Source of the DNA: an uncultured Acidobacteriota bacterium
GTDB taxonomy: Bacteria; Acidobacteriota; UBA6911
DNA length: 64,000 nt
Direction of reading: 5' to 3'
Assembly: GCA_963843575.1 (NCBI GenBank)
Contig: CAWJKZ010000025.1
Coordinates: forward strand, 256,001 to 320,000
Shown: positions 40,707 to 49,599 of the stretch, piece by piece
Layout of the letters: the number at the start of each line of letters is the position of its first letter
How positions within the stretch are numbered: position 1 is the stretch's first letter
Notes under the pieces: model-generated
Databases searched by the model: none
The model's input: only the letters and a program-made list of their open reading frames with translations
What the model was told of the DNA's origin: nothing
Position numbers and translations under genes: made by a program

Positions 40707-41648
40707 ATGCAGTCGGTCCTGCGCTTTGTCCTGCTCCACGCCTACGCCGTACTCTTCGGTGTCGTCTTCGCCGAGCAAGTCGGCCTTCCCGTTCCCGCGG
40801 TACCTTATCTCGTGGCGATCGGAGCGCTTTCCGCACAAAAACTGGTTTCCTTCAAACTGGCGCTGCTGCTGGGCATGGTCGCGTCGGTGGCGGCGGACCT
40901 CCTCTGGTACGAGCTTGGCCGCAGGAAGGGAACCTCGGTGCTGCGCCTGCTGTGCCGGATTTCCATCGAACCCGACTCGTGCGTCCGCAAGACCGAAGGT
41001 CTGTTCGCGAGGCACGGAGCCTGGTCCTTCCTCTACGCCAAGTTTATTCCCGGTCTGGGGACCGTCGCGCCCCCACTTGCCGGCGCGCTCCGTTTCCCGC
41101 TCTCGCGCTTCGTTGCGCTGGATTCACTGGGATCCCTGCTCTGGATGGGAGCCTATACCGGGCTGGGATTCCTGTTCTCCGAGCAGATGGAGGCGGCGGC
41201 GCACTTTGCGACGAGCCTGGGGGCGGGGCTGTCGGCGCTGCTGGTTGCGGCGTGCGCGCTGTGGCTGATCTTCAGGGTCCGACAACGGCGGCGCGTTATG
41301 CGTGACCTGCGCGTCGCGCGGGTCACGCCCGAAGAACTCAAGCACAAGCTTGATCGGGGCGAGGCGGTCGCCATCATCGACCTGCGTCACGCCCTCTCGG
41401 CGGAGGCCGAAGGGGTCAAGCTGCCGGGCGCGCTCAGAATCCCTGCCGAGGAACTCGGAAGGCGCAGCCACGAGATCCCCAGGGACCGCGAACTCGTCCT
41501 GTATTGCACGTGACCCAACGAAGCCACGAGCGCTCGGGTAGCGCTCATGCTGCGCCGCCTCGGGGTCACGCGCGTCCGCCCGCTCGCCGGGGGGCTCGAT
41601 GCCTGGCGCGAGCTCGGCCTTCCCCTCGACCCGGTGGAGCCGGGCTGA
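40707..41648 (+). CDS. DedA/VTT-rhodanese fusion, candidate selenoprotein (CxU; TGA 41511-41513)
   Basis: EQVGLPVP, KFIPG; VLYCT-U-PNEATSARVA...VRPLAGGLDAWRELGLP continues in frame to TGA 41646-41648. Confidence 0.85.
41528..41546 (+). promoter_or_regulatory. candidate bacterial SECIS element
   Basis: GAGCGCU-CGGGU-AGCGCUC perfect 7-bp stem, loop 21 nt after the UGA. Confidence 0.7.
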
Positions 41649-41654
41649 TCCCGT

Positions 41655-42680
41655 CTATCGTGCGGCGTGTCCCACTACGACCGTGTGCGGCGACATCGGC
41701 ACGGGGTGCGCCGTCACGTTCTCGTAACCGGCCTCGACGTACATCTGCTCCAGTTCGCGGAACGTGTAGGCGTCTCCGGCGACCGTGGTGCCGAGCATCG
41801 TGAGCGCGAAGGAAGCAGCCATCGGCGGCGAAACGCGGTCTTCGTTTGGAACGAACTCCAGGGTCGCGGCGAGCCCGCCCGGCCGCACCGCCGCGCGGAC
41901 CTTTGCCAGCAGTGCGACGCAGGTGGGCGGGTCGAAGTGGTGCAGGAAATTGGTGATCAGCACCACGTCGTATGGACCCTCCAGCGGCACGTCGAACGCG
42001 CTGCCCGGCAACAACTCGTACCGGTCCGCAACCCCGGCCTTGCGTGCGTTCTCCCGGGCGACTTCCAGCACCGGCGCCCAGTCGAGCGCGACGACGCGGG
42101 CCGCCGGATTCTGCTTCGCCACCTCGATGCCGAACAGGCCGTGGCCCGCCGCCACATCGAGCACGCGCATGGCTCCCCTGCGCTCCTTGAGCACGATCGC
42201 CCCGAGCGGCCCGGCCAGCGGGGCCATCATCGGGGCCATGCTGTGGGCAAACTCAACCCAGACCGGGTTCTCCGGCTCCACCGTGCCCTGTCCCTGCAGC
42301 ACCGTCCGACCGGAGCGGACGATCTCGGTCAGCCGCCGGAACGGCTCCGTCAAATCCGGCATACTCAGAAACTGGGCCGTCGTGGCCAGACATGTCGGCG
42401 AACGCGGATCCAGGAACATCGAGCTCGCGGGGGTGTGCCGGTACGAGGACCCCTCCTTGGCTATCAAACCGGTCACCGTCAGGTAGTCGCACAGTATGCG
42501 GATGCCGCGCTCCGAGGCGGCGCATTTCTTCGCCAGGGACGGTACGTCGCCCGGCCCCTCACCGATGGCGCGGAACAGATCCAGCTCGATGGCCGTGCGC
42601 AGCGCCATGGTGCGCTGGTAAGCGGTCAGGGTCTCAAAAACAATCGCCGGCGTTGCCGGCGCTACGGAAGCACTTTGCAT
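41655..42680 (-). CDS. O-methyltransferase (dimerisation domain + Methyltransf_2)
   Basis: TAIELDLF, LDVAAGHG, NFLHHFD. Confidence 0.9.
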   Translation of the reverse strand: MQSASVAPATPAIVFETLTAYQRTMALRTAIELDLFRAIGEGPGDVPSLAKKCAASERGIRILCDYLTVTGLIAKEGSSYRHTPASSMFLDPRSPTCLATTAQFLSMPDLTEPFRRLTEIVRSGRTVLQGQGTVEPENPVWVEFAHSMAPMMAPLAGPLGAIVLKERRGAMRVLDVAAGHGLFGIEVAKQNPAARVVALDWAPVLEVARENARKAGVADRYELLPGSAFDVPLEGPYDVVLITNFLHHFDPPTCVALLAKVRAAVRPGGLAATLEFVPNEDRVSPPMAASFALTMLGTTVAGDAYTFRELEQMYVEAGYENVTAHPVPMSPHTVVVGHAAR

Positions 42681-43044
42681 TCTGGCCCTCCTGTCCAGAG
42701 CAGCTGCGGGTTTTGTGTCTCTCCAGGGGGGCCATGGAGTCGGGTGCAACGATGTAACTCTAGCAGGGCCGAAGGGACCATCCAAACGATTGATCCCGGA
42801 GTGCGGGCTGCCTCCGGCTACAACCTTTGGAGTGCGGGGCCTCGGCGCCGCTTTTACTTACGCCCTAGGGCAGGGATCCCCGGCGCCTCGGCGCCGGGCC
42901 GTATCGCGGGGAAAACCGGGCGGCTGCCTCTAGCCGTGCAGCAGCGGAATGCAGACTTCGTCCGAGCCCGGGGGAAGACAACAAGGACGCCCCGGCCGTG
43001 TCGTTTTCGCGGTACTATCCATCCCTGACGACAGGAGGATTGCC

Positions 43045-43908
43045 ATGGGGAAGATCTCGAGAAGACGGTTCCTGCGCGACAGTGCCGTGGGTATTGCGGC
43101 CGCCGGCTGTGCGGCGGGCGCCGCTTCAAAACTGAAGGCCAACCCGCTCGGCATGCCGATCGGGTTCCAGAGCTGGTCGGTGCAGCAGCTGCTCCAGAAG
43201 GATTTCGACGGAACCCTGAAGCAAATGGCCGAAGCCGGCTTCGAATCGATGGAACTGTGTTCGCCCCCGAGTTACCGCCAGTATGGGTTCGGCGGGCTGG
43301 TGAACCTGAAAGGCTCGGAGCTGCGCGACAAAATCAACGGCGCCGGCCTGAAGTGCGAAAGCTGCCACTACCAGTGGGCCGAACTGAAGACGAGCCTCGA
43401 CGAGCGTGTTGCCTACGCCAAAGACCTCGGCCTGAAGCAGATGATCCTTTCCACGTTCAGTCTCCCGGCCAGGGCGACCCTCGACGACTGGAAGAAGAAC
43501 GCCGATCAACTGAACAAAATGGGGGAGACGGCGCGCTCCGCCGGCATCCAGCTCGGGTTCCACAACCACGACTTCGAGTTCAAGGAGATCGGCGGCACCC
43601 TCATTTACGACGAACTCCTCAAAATCTTCGACCCGAAGCTCGTCAAGCTGCAGTTCCAGGTCGCGGTCATCAGCCTCGGCTACGAGGCCGACAAGTATTT
43701 CACGAATTATCCGGGGCGATTCGTTTCGCTGCACCTGGTCGATTGGGCCCCGGCCGAGAAGAAGCAGGTGGCCGTGGGCCAGGGCGCCATCGACTTGAAG
43801 AAACTCTTCGCCGCCGCAAAAACGGGGGGCATCCAGAACTACTTCCTGGAAATGCCGCTCGACCTGATGAAGCCGAGCGTACCGTACCTGAAGGCCCTGG
43901 AACTTTGA
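43045..43908 (+). CDS. Tat sugar phosphate isomerase/epimerase (xylose isomerase-like TIM barrel)
   Basis: SRRRFLR, GFHNHDFEF, SLHLVD, VGQGAID. Confidence 0.9.
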   Translation: MGKISRRRFLRDSAVGIAAAGCAAGAASKLKANPLGMPIGFQSWSVQQLLQKDFDGTLKQMAEAGFESMELCSPPSYRQYGFGGLVNLKGSELRDKINGAGLKCESCHYQWAELKTSLDERVAYAKDLGLKQMILSTFSLPARATLDDWKKNADQLNKMGETARSAGIQLGFHNHDFEFKEIGGTLIYDELLKIFDPKLVKLQFQVAVISLGYEADKYFTNYPGRFVSLHLVDWAPAEKKQVAVGQGAIDLKKLFAAAKTGGIQNYFLEMPLDLMKPSVPYLKALEL

Positions 43909-44004
43909 TCTTCGAAATCCTCGAGCTCTTTAGGCCCAGATTAACGCGGCTGGCGAATGGTGTTCTTCTGCGCCTGAACCGGTCAAGGAAGATAAGAGCA
44001 AAGG

Positions 44005-44184
44005 CAGAACGCGGGTATCCGCGGATTTGACGGGTCCACACGGATCTGCCGGACGCGGCCGTGTCACCAATGCCTTTGTTTTGGCGTGGGTCACGATCAA
44101 ATCGGCGGCTGGGTTTTTCTGCACGTCCACACACCCCGTCGGCATCGACAACAACAATAGCGCGGCTGCGCAAGACGGACGCAT
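44005..44184 (-). pseudogene. lipoprotein/amidohydrolase N-terminal stub ending at a family A repeat fragment (44005-44060)
   Basis: MRPSCAAALLLLSMPTGC...ADLIVTHAK then repeat-derived sequence. Confidence 0.45.
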
Positions 44185-44231
44185 CGGTCACCTCTAAGAC
44201 GCGAAGGATCCATAGAGCCGCAAATGACAGG

Positions 44232-44526
44232 TCACGGCACTTCGAGGTCGGCGACCACCGGGTGGTGATCCGATGCCATGGGGGCGGGCGGCTCCGCGGC
44301 CACCCGGACCATGGAGACCCGCACTGCGGGCGAAGCGAAAATGTAATCGATGCGCCGGTCCGGCGGCTTCCCGGGCGCCGCCGGCAGCGTGAGTCCGGCC
44401 CCGTAGCCCCGCGCCATGATGGATGTTGTAGCTCATGACACGAAACCCGCGTCGTTCGGCGCCCGCGCCCGCCCCGCACGCCAGCGCCGCCGACAGCAGC
44501 AATGCTGCCCCGCCTGACTTCCCCAT
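44232..44526 (-). pseudogene. endonuclease/exonuclease/phosphatase family gene, internally deleted (junction ~44408)
   Basis: Signal peptide + RVMSYNIHHG joined out of frame to RRIDYIF...ASDHHPVVADL. Confidence 0.85.
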
Positions 44527-44662
44527 GGGACCTTTGTATTTTATGCCGCCGCCGCTGTCAAGCCGGGCGCCGGCGCCAACCCCGGATGAGGGTTGCCACG
44601 GGAACCGCAACTCCCTACAATCCCGGAGACGCCGGCGCCAACTCGAGGCCGTGAGGTATCCA

Positions 44663-45424
44663 ATGAACTACGGAAAGACGAAGGTGGTTGTCTGCAGGGA
44701 CGAGTTCGAACTCGGCCGCCGGGCGGCGTCGGATGTCGCCTCCAGGGTCAGGGAGTTGCTCGCCCTGAGGGATGAAGTCCGGATCGTCTTCGCCGCGGGG
44801 GAAAGTCAGGTGACCTTTCTCGCCGGCCTGGCCTCCGAAAAGGACATCGACTGGACCCGCGTCGTCTGCTTCAACATGGACGACTTCTACGACCGGACCC
44901 TGCCGGAAGAGTTCACCTGCGGCCACCAGACCCGGACCCAGCTCTACGACAAGGTCAAGCCCAGGGGCGCGCACCTCGTCCGCTACAACGCCCCCGACCC
45001 CGAGGCGGAAGCCCGACGGTTCGAACAGGTGCTGCGGCAGGCGGGCCCCATCCATGTCCTTTGCCAGGGGATCGGCACTTCCGGCCACCTGGCGCTCAAT
45101 GAACCCTACGACACCGATTTCCTGGACAGCAGATGGGTGCGGGTGGTCTCGCTCGCAGAGCAGTCCAAGATTCAGCTCAGCGAGGATCCGAACTTCAAGG
45201 CGCTGGGCTATATCCCCTCCACCGGCATAACCATCACCATCCCCGCCCTTTTAGCCGCGGAGAACACCTTCACCATGGTGCCGCTGCGTCTCAAGCGGCC
45301 CATCCTCGAGAGGCTTTTTGCCCTCCGCGAGCCCACCGAGGCGCTTCCAGCCTCCGTCCTGCTCGAGGTCGAAGGGACGCTCTACCTCGATCGGAACTCC
45401 TGTCCCGAGGAGCTGCAGGCTTGA
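44663..45424 (+). CDS. nagB: glucosamine-6-phosphate deaminase family
   Basis: FAAGESQ, FNMDDF, GIGTSGHLALNEP, ITITIP, PASVL. Confidence 0.8.
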   Translation: MNYGKTKVVVCRDEFELGRRAASDVASRVRELLALRDEVRIVFAAGESQVTFLAGLASEKDIDWTRVVCFNMDDFYDRTLPEEFTCGHQTRTQLYDKVKPRGAHLVRYNAPDPEAEARRFEQVLRQAGPIHVLCQGIGTSGHLALNEPYDTDFLDSRWVRVVSLAEQSKIQLSEDPNFKALGYIPSTGITITIPALLAAENTFTMVPLRLKRPILERLFALREPTEALPASVLLEVEGTLYLDRNSCPEELQA

Positions 45425-45543
45425 CCCTCACGAGGGGCGCCTCGGCGCCCCCGCCAGACCGAGGTTGCAGCGTCGCAAGCTCGCAATTCGGCGTGGCGCC
45501 GAGGCGCCGCACTCCAGGATCGATCATTAAACACCGTGATGCC

Positions 45544-46041
45544 CTAGTCCACCTCTGCCAGCTTCCCCGTTTGCACGTCGTAGATGAATCCCCGGATCGG
45601 GATCTCCTGCGGGATCCAGGGATGCGATCGAGCGCGCTCGACCTGAAGGCGAACATCCGCTTCCAGGTCGGAGAAGCTGTGGAACCGCGTCGGAGCCACC
45701 GCGGCGTGTCCGGTCTTGCGCCTCAGGTCCGCCTCCAGCTTGTCGTCGGTGAACGTCAGCATGCCGCAGTCGGTGTGGTGCACGAACATGAACTCGTTCG
45801 TCCCGAGCAGGTAATGGGAAATGAGCAGCGACCGAACCGCGTCTTCCGTGAGTATCCCGCCCGCGTTCCGGATGATGTGCGCTTCACCGGTCTTGAGCCC
45901 GAGGATCTGCTCAATAGTCAGACGGGCGTCCATGCAGGCGACTACGGCCAGCTTGCGGGCAGGGGGCATCTTGAGGTGCCCGAGTTTGAACTGGCTGGCG
46001 TAAATGCCGTTCGCACGGACGGCTTCGTCGATGACAGTCAT
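45544..46041 (-). CDS. beta-carbonic anhydrase, clade D (Rv1284/COS hydrolase-like)
   Basis: ACMDAR, IRNAGG, HHTDCGM, GFIYDVQTGKL; AAAGGAG RBS. Confidence 0.93.
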   Translation of the reverse strand: MTVIDEAVRANGIYASQFKLGHLKMPPARKLAVVACMDARLTIEQILGLKTGEAHIIRNAGGILTEDAVRSLLISHYLLGTNEFMFVHHTDCGMLTFTDDKLEADLRRKTGHAAVAPTRFHSFSDLEADVRLQVERARSHPWIPQEIPIRGFIYDVQTGKLAEVD

Positions 46042-46067
46042 GCTTTTCTCCTTTCGAAAACAACGGC

Positions 46068-46103
46068 AAAAAAAAACCCGCCGCCGGAAGGACCGGAGAC
46101 GGG
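46068..46103 (-). terminator. intrinsic terminator (attenuator) upstream of the beta-CA
   Basis: CCCGUCUCCGG-uccuu-CCGGCGGCGGG followed by U9, ending ~26 nt before the CA start. Confidence 0.85.
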
Positions 46104-46133
46104 CTGGATTCGAACCAAAATCGATCCTGAGCG

Positions 46134-46214
46134 TCACCCCCCGGGCAGGTAGAGTTCGCCACAGCTACAACAGATGCAGCTCAGCAAACCCGCCATGAAG
46201 GAGGAACAACCCAT
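46134..46214 (-). CDS. Cys-rich leader peptide MGCSSFMAGLLSCICCSCGELYLPGG
   Basis: 5 Cys in 26 aa, 4 within CICCSC; stop 30 nt before the terminator. Confidence 0.75.
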   Translation of the reverse strand: MGCSSFMAGLLSCICCSCGELYLPGG

Positions 46215-46221
46215 GGCCCTT

Positions 46222-46249
46222 ATTCTAACGTAAGCGTGAGAGATTACAA
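46222..46249 (-). promoter_or_regulatory. sigma70-type promoter, probably giving a leaderless transcript
   Basis: TTGTAA-N16-TAGAAT, 7 nt before the leader ATG. Confidence 0.6.
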
Positions 46250-46626
46250 GGCGGCGACGACAGATAATTGCGCCGGCATGCGCGGCTGCGGATGGGCCGG
46301 AGGCGCGCTCCATTGATCGGCTGCTGAGCGGCAAATTCGATCCCGAACAGCCTGGTGCGGCGGCCGTTTGTGGAGTGCGGCGGCTCGACTGGCTCGACTC
46401 CGCTTTGGTGGCGGCGCCTCGGCGCCCCCAAAGGCCGAGGTCGCAGGGTCGTATTTCGGAATTCGGCGCGGCGCCGAGGCGCCGGGCACTCCAGATCACT
46501 TCAGGTCGTCCGGATTGAACGTCAACCGTTGGACAGCCTCTGAAGCCGGACCGCACTGCCCGCGTCCAGCCCTCTCGGGTTCCAACCGCCGGCCGCGCCG
46601 GGACCTCCATCCGGTCTTTCCCGCGA

Positions 46627-46926
46627 TCAGTCGGATTCCGGATACTTGTGGCACAGGACGCAGCTGACGGCCGTTCCCTTGGGCAGGCTGATACGCTTGC
46701 CCTGCGACGTTTCGCGGCAGCCGGCGCTCTCGGAGCATTCCAGGAGGCGGTTCGCGGCGGTGCGGGCCAGCGGCGAACCCTGGAGTTGGGCTCCGTGGCA
46801 GGCTTGGCACGTCCCCGCGGGAGTGCGACCGTCCTTGAACACTTCCTTGTGGTTCTGGTTCCACATCCGGTCGTTGACCGGGTGCATTCCGTGGGGGCCG
46901 CGCAGAAGGCCGGCGCTGTCGAACAT
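46627..46926 (-). pseudogene. C-terminal fragment of a multiheme cytochrome c
   Basis: GPHGMH, CQACH, CVLCH; no signal peptide. Confidence 0.65.
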
Positions 46927-47145
46927 CCCTTTGATATTGGGGTGCGTAAGCCTTCGAACGATCCAGGGAGGGGGGGCCGACCCGACGTTCGCTCATCCCT
47001 GCGCGGACGCGGCGCTCCGGCACCGCCTTCCGCACTCAGACTGTCATGTGTTGTTCGGCTTATCCCGAATTTAGGAGAGCTTATTAAGACGGTGCGCGGC
47101 CGGTCAACCGTCAATGATGCACTTTTGCCGCAAAATGCCACGGAA

Positions 47146-47161
47146 TGTGACGCCCGTCACC
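47146..47161. promoter_or_regulatory. CRP-family-like binding site
   Basis: TGTGA-N6-TCACC next to a TTTTGC-C-GCAAAA palindrome in an AT-rich intergenic stretch. Confidence 0.3.
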
Positions 47162-47271
47162 AAAACCGGGGCGTGTCGTCGGGTAAACGGGCGACAGGGG
47201 GACGCGCTCGAGCGGCGGCGAGCCGAAGCGCCGGCCCGCCGCTCCGCCCGACTGTGCGCGCACGCAACCGA

Positions 47272-48465
47272 TCAGCCGCCAGCCTGGGCGAAGGCGGCCA
47301 GGGCCGTGTCGCGGTACACCTTTTTCAGAAGCGGGTCGGGCAGCCCAAGGCCGTGCATCGGCCAGTGGTAGTCGAAATTGAAGTAGAGGTCCTGCTCGTA
47401 GAAGTGCTCGTCGAGCGACTCGAGCACCCGGAACGTGGTGCTGAACATGCGCTCGCTGTAGGGCATGTCGGTCCCGTAGCACAACCGGTGCGCGTACTTC
47501 TGGTAAAACGCCGCGGCGAAGCGCGGGATCGGGGCGGTCTCGGCGAAGCGCGCGGAGATGTCGGCGTACAGGTTCGGGTTGCGGTCGAACATCCCGCCGA
47601 GGCGGGTCAGGTCGTAGTCGAGGTTGGCGAAGTGGCAGGCGATGAAAACGGTCTTCGGGTGCCTCCGCGCGGTGCGTTCCAGGGTTTGGATCAGCTCGTT
47701 GTGTCCCATGATGTCGGGCTTGTCGTCGAGGCGCCAGCTGAAGCCGTTCATCAGGCCGTCGTTGTGCCTGTCCTGCGGCAAGTAGGACCAGTAGGGATCG
47801 GACATGTGCAGGTTGACGGGCATGCCGAGCGCGGCGCACTTTTCCCACAGCGGGTCCATGCGCGCGTCGTCCGGGTGTGGCCCGGTCGCCGGGGCGCGGT
47901 TGCGCGAATCGCCGGGCCAGCCGACAGGACCCGTGGGGATCACGCCCCCGATGCCCCTCCCCTTGTCGCCGATTTCGCCGACGCCGCGGGCGCCAGCCTT
48001 GCGGCAGCGTTCGAGCTCCCTGACCGCCGCCGGCCCGAAGCCCGGTTCGTTCATCCCGGTCATGTCGAAGCCGCACCACACGTCGAAGCGCTGCGGGTAT
48101 TTCGAGTAGAGCCGGTGCATCTCGTCAAATCTCGCCCCGGTGCCGCCGCTGAACACGACGGTCCGCTCGACGCCGGCCGCGTCCATGAGCTTGACGAGCG
48201 CATCGACGTCCTCCGTGGATTTCGCGCGCCCGTGATAGTGCACGTCGATGGCGGGGTATTTCGCCTTCCGGATGTCTGAAACCGGGATCTTGTATATGGA
48301 TTTGGGCCGGTAGTCTTTCAGCAGGAGCTTGTCCGGGAGCACGGCCTCCGACGGGCCCCGGGCTGCGGCCTGGCGCGCCCTTGCGGCGCGCGGCATGGCG
48401 GCGAGTGCGCCGCCCGATAAGAGGAACCACTCTCTGCGATCAAGGGCGTGTCCGGTACGTTTCAT
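47272..48465 (-). CDS. Tat amidohydrolase family 2 protein
   Basis: DRREWF, IDVHYH, LHMSDP, ACH, YGTD. Confidence 0.9.
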   Translation of the reverse strand: MKRTGHALDRREWFLLSGGALAAMPRAARARQAAARGPSEAVLPDKLLLKDYRPKSIYKIPVSDIRKAKYPAIDVHYHGRAKSTEDVDALVKLMDAAGVERTVVFSGGTGARFDEMHRLYSKYPQRFDVWCGFDMTGMNEPGFGPAAVRELERCRKAGARGVGEIGDKGRGIGGVIPTGPVGWPGDSRNRAPATGPHPDDARMDPLWEKCAALGMPVNLHMSDPYWSYLPQDRHNDGLMNGFSWRLDDKPDIMGHNELIQTLERTARRHPKTVFIACHFANLDYDLTRLGGMFDRNPNLYADISARFAETAPIPRFAAAFYQKYAHRLCYGTDMPYSERMFSTTFRVLESLDEHFYEQDLYFNFDYHWPMHGLGLPDPLLKKVYRDTALAAFAQAGG

Positions 48466-49465
48466 CTTTGTTCTCCATTTCCCGTGCAGTTTGTGCGACG
48501 GCGAGGGCGGCCGATCGTACCGCCTGCCTTAGCGGTTCGGGGCTCTCCACGCGCACGCCGGCCCCGAAGCTGAGGATCCAGCCGACCAGTTCGGGTGTGT
48601 CCGCTACCCGCAGACACAGGTGGAGGCAGCCGTCCTTGCCGGAGGTTGCCTTCTGGCTCGGATGCCAGATCCTGTCCTTCACCCAGGCCGAGGTTTTGCG
48701 GTCGAAGTGCAATTCGACATCCACCAGGTCGCCGCCGCGCATGACGACCAGCGCGTCGCGCACATAGGCGTCCACGTCGAAGCCCAGCGGCATCTGGCAT
48801 GGTTTGTTGGTGATGGCAAGAGAGCGGATGCGGTCGACGGCAAACATGCGCACGTCCCTGCGCATGTGGCAGTAGCCGATCAGGTACAGCCCGCCCCCCG
48901 CATACCAGAGGTGGTACGGGTCGACTTTGCGCCGCGACGTGGCGTCGCGCGCGGCGGTGTAGTAGCGCATCTCGACGGTGCGGTGATGGGCGATGGCGCG
49001 CGCGAGTTGTTCGACCGCCTGGCGGTGCTCGCGATAGCGTTTGTGGGGACCGAGCCCGACGGAGAAGCCCCCCTGCAGGCGGTGGACGTACTCGTCCGCG
49101 CCCGACGGCAGCGCGCTGGAAGCCTTGGCGACCGCCAGGTCGAACGACTCCTTGATCGCCGTCCCTTCGAGCGGGCGCATCAGGTCGCGGCTGAAGACGA
49201 GCGCGATTAACTCCGTAGCCGAGAACTGCACGGCCGGCACGCGGTTGAATCCCTCCACGAGCTTCCAGCGAACCTGCCCGTCGACACGGTCGGTGTAGAT
49301 GGGGAAACACGCCTCGAGCGCCTGGAGATCGCGGCGGATCGTGCGCGGGTGCCGGCTGAAATCCTCCGGGAGCGAGCCGGTCAATTCGTCTATGGTGGCG
49401 CCCCCCGGCCTTTCCAGTCGCCGGAGCAACAGCCACTGCCGCGTCACCTGTTCGTTGCGGGACAT
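48440..49465 (-). CDS. WYL-domain transcriptional regulator (HTH-WYL-WCX)
   Basis: RTIRRDL, RKVDPY, LYLIGYC, RMFAVDRI, WILSFG...VESP. Confidence 0.92.
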   Translation of the reverse strand: MSRNEQVTRQWLLLRRLERPGGATIDELTGSLPEDFSRHPRTIRRDLQALEACFPIYTDRVDGQVRWKLVEGFNRVPAVQFSATELIALVFSRDLMRPLEGTAIKESFDLAVAKASSALPSGADEYVHRLQGGFSVGLGPHKRYREHRQAVEQLARAIAHHRTVEMRYYTAARDATSRRKVDPYHLWYAGGGLYLIGYCHMRRDVRMFAVDRIRSLAITNKPCQMPLGFDVDAYVRDALVVMRGGDLVDVELHFDRKTSAWVKDRIWHPSQKATSGKDGCLHLCLRVADTPELVGWILSFGAGVRVESPEPLRQAVRSAALAVAQTAREMENKDETYRTRP

Positions 49466-49599
49466 CGTGTGCCTACCCTAATCTAGCAGCCCCCCCAATG
49501 CAAGTGATGTGGGCCGCGGCGGCCCGACGCGGCCCCAACCGGGTGCTTCCGTCTCATCCGGGCGGGGTCGGGCCGCCCCTGCCCACTTTCCGTGTTACG

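Noticed and set aside
46106-46116. GGTTCGAATCC on the minus strand resembles a tRNA T-arm
   Set aside because: No D-arm, anticodon arm or acceptor stem can be drawn; it fits better as part of the proposed antiterminator.
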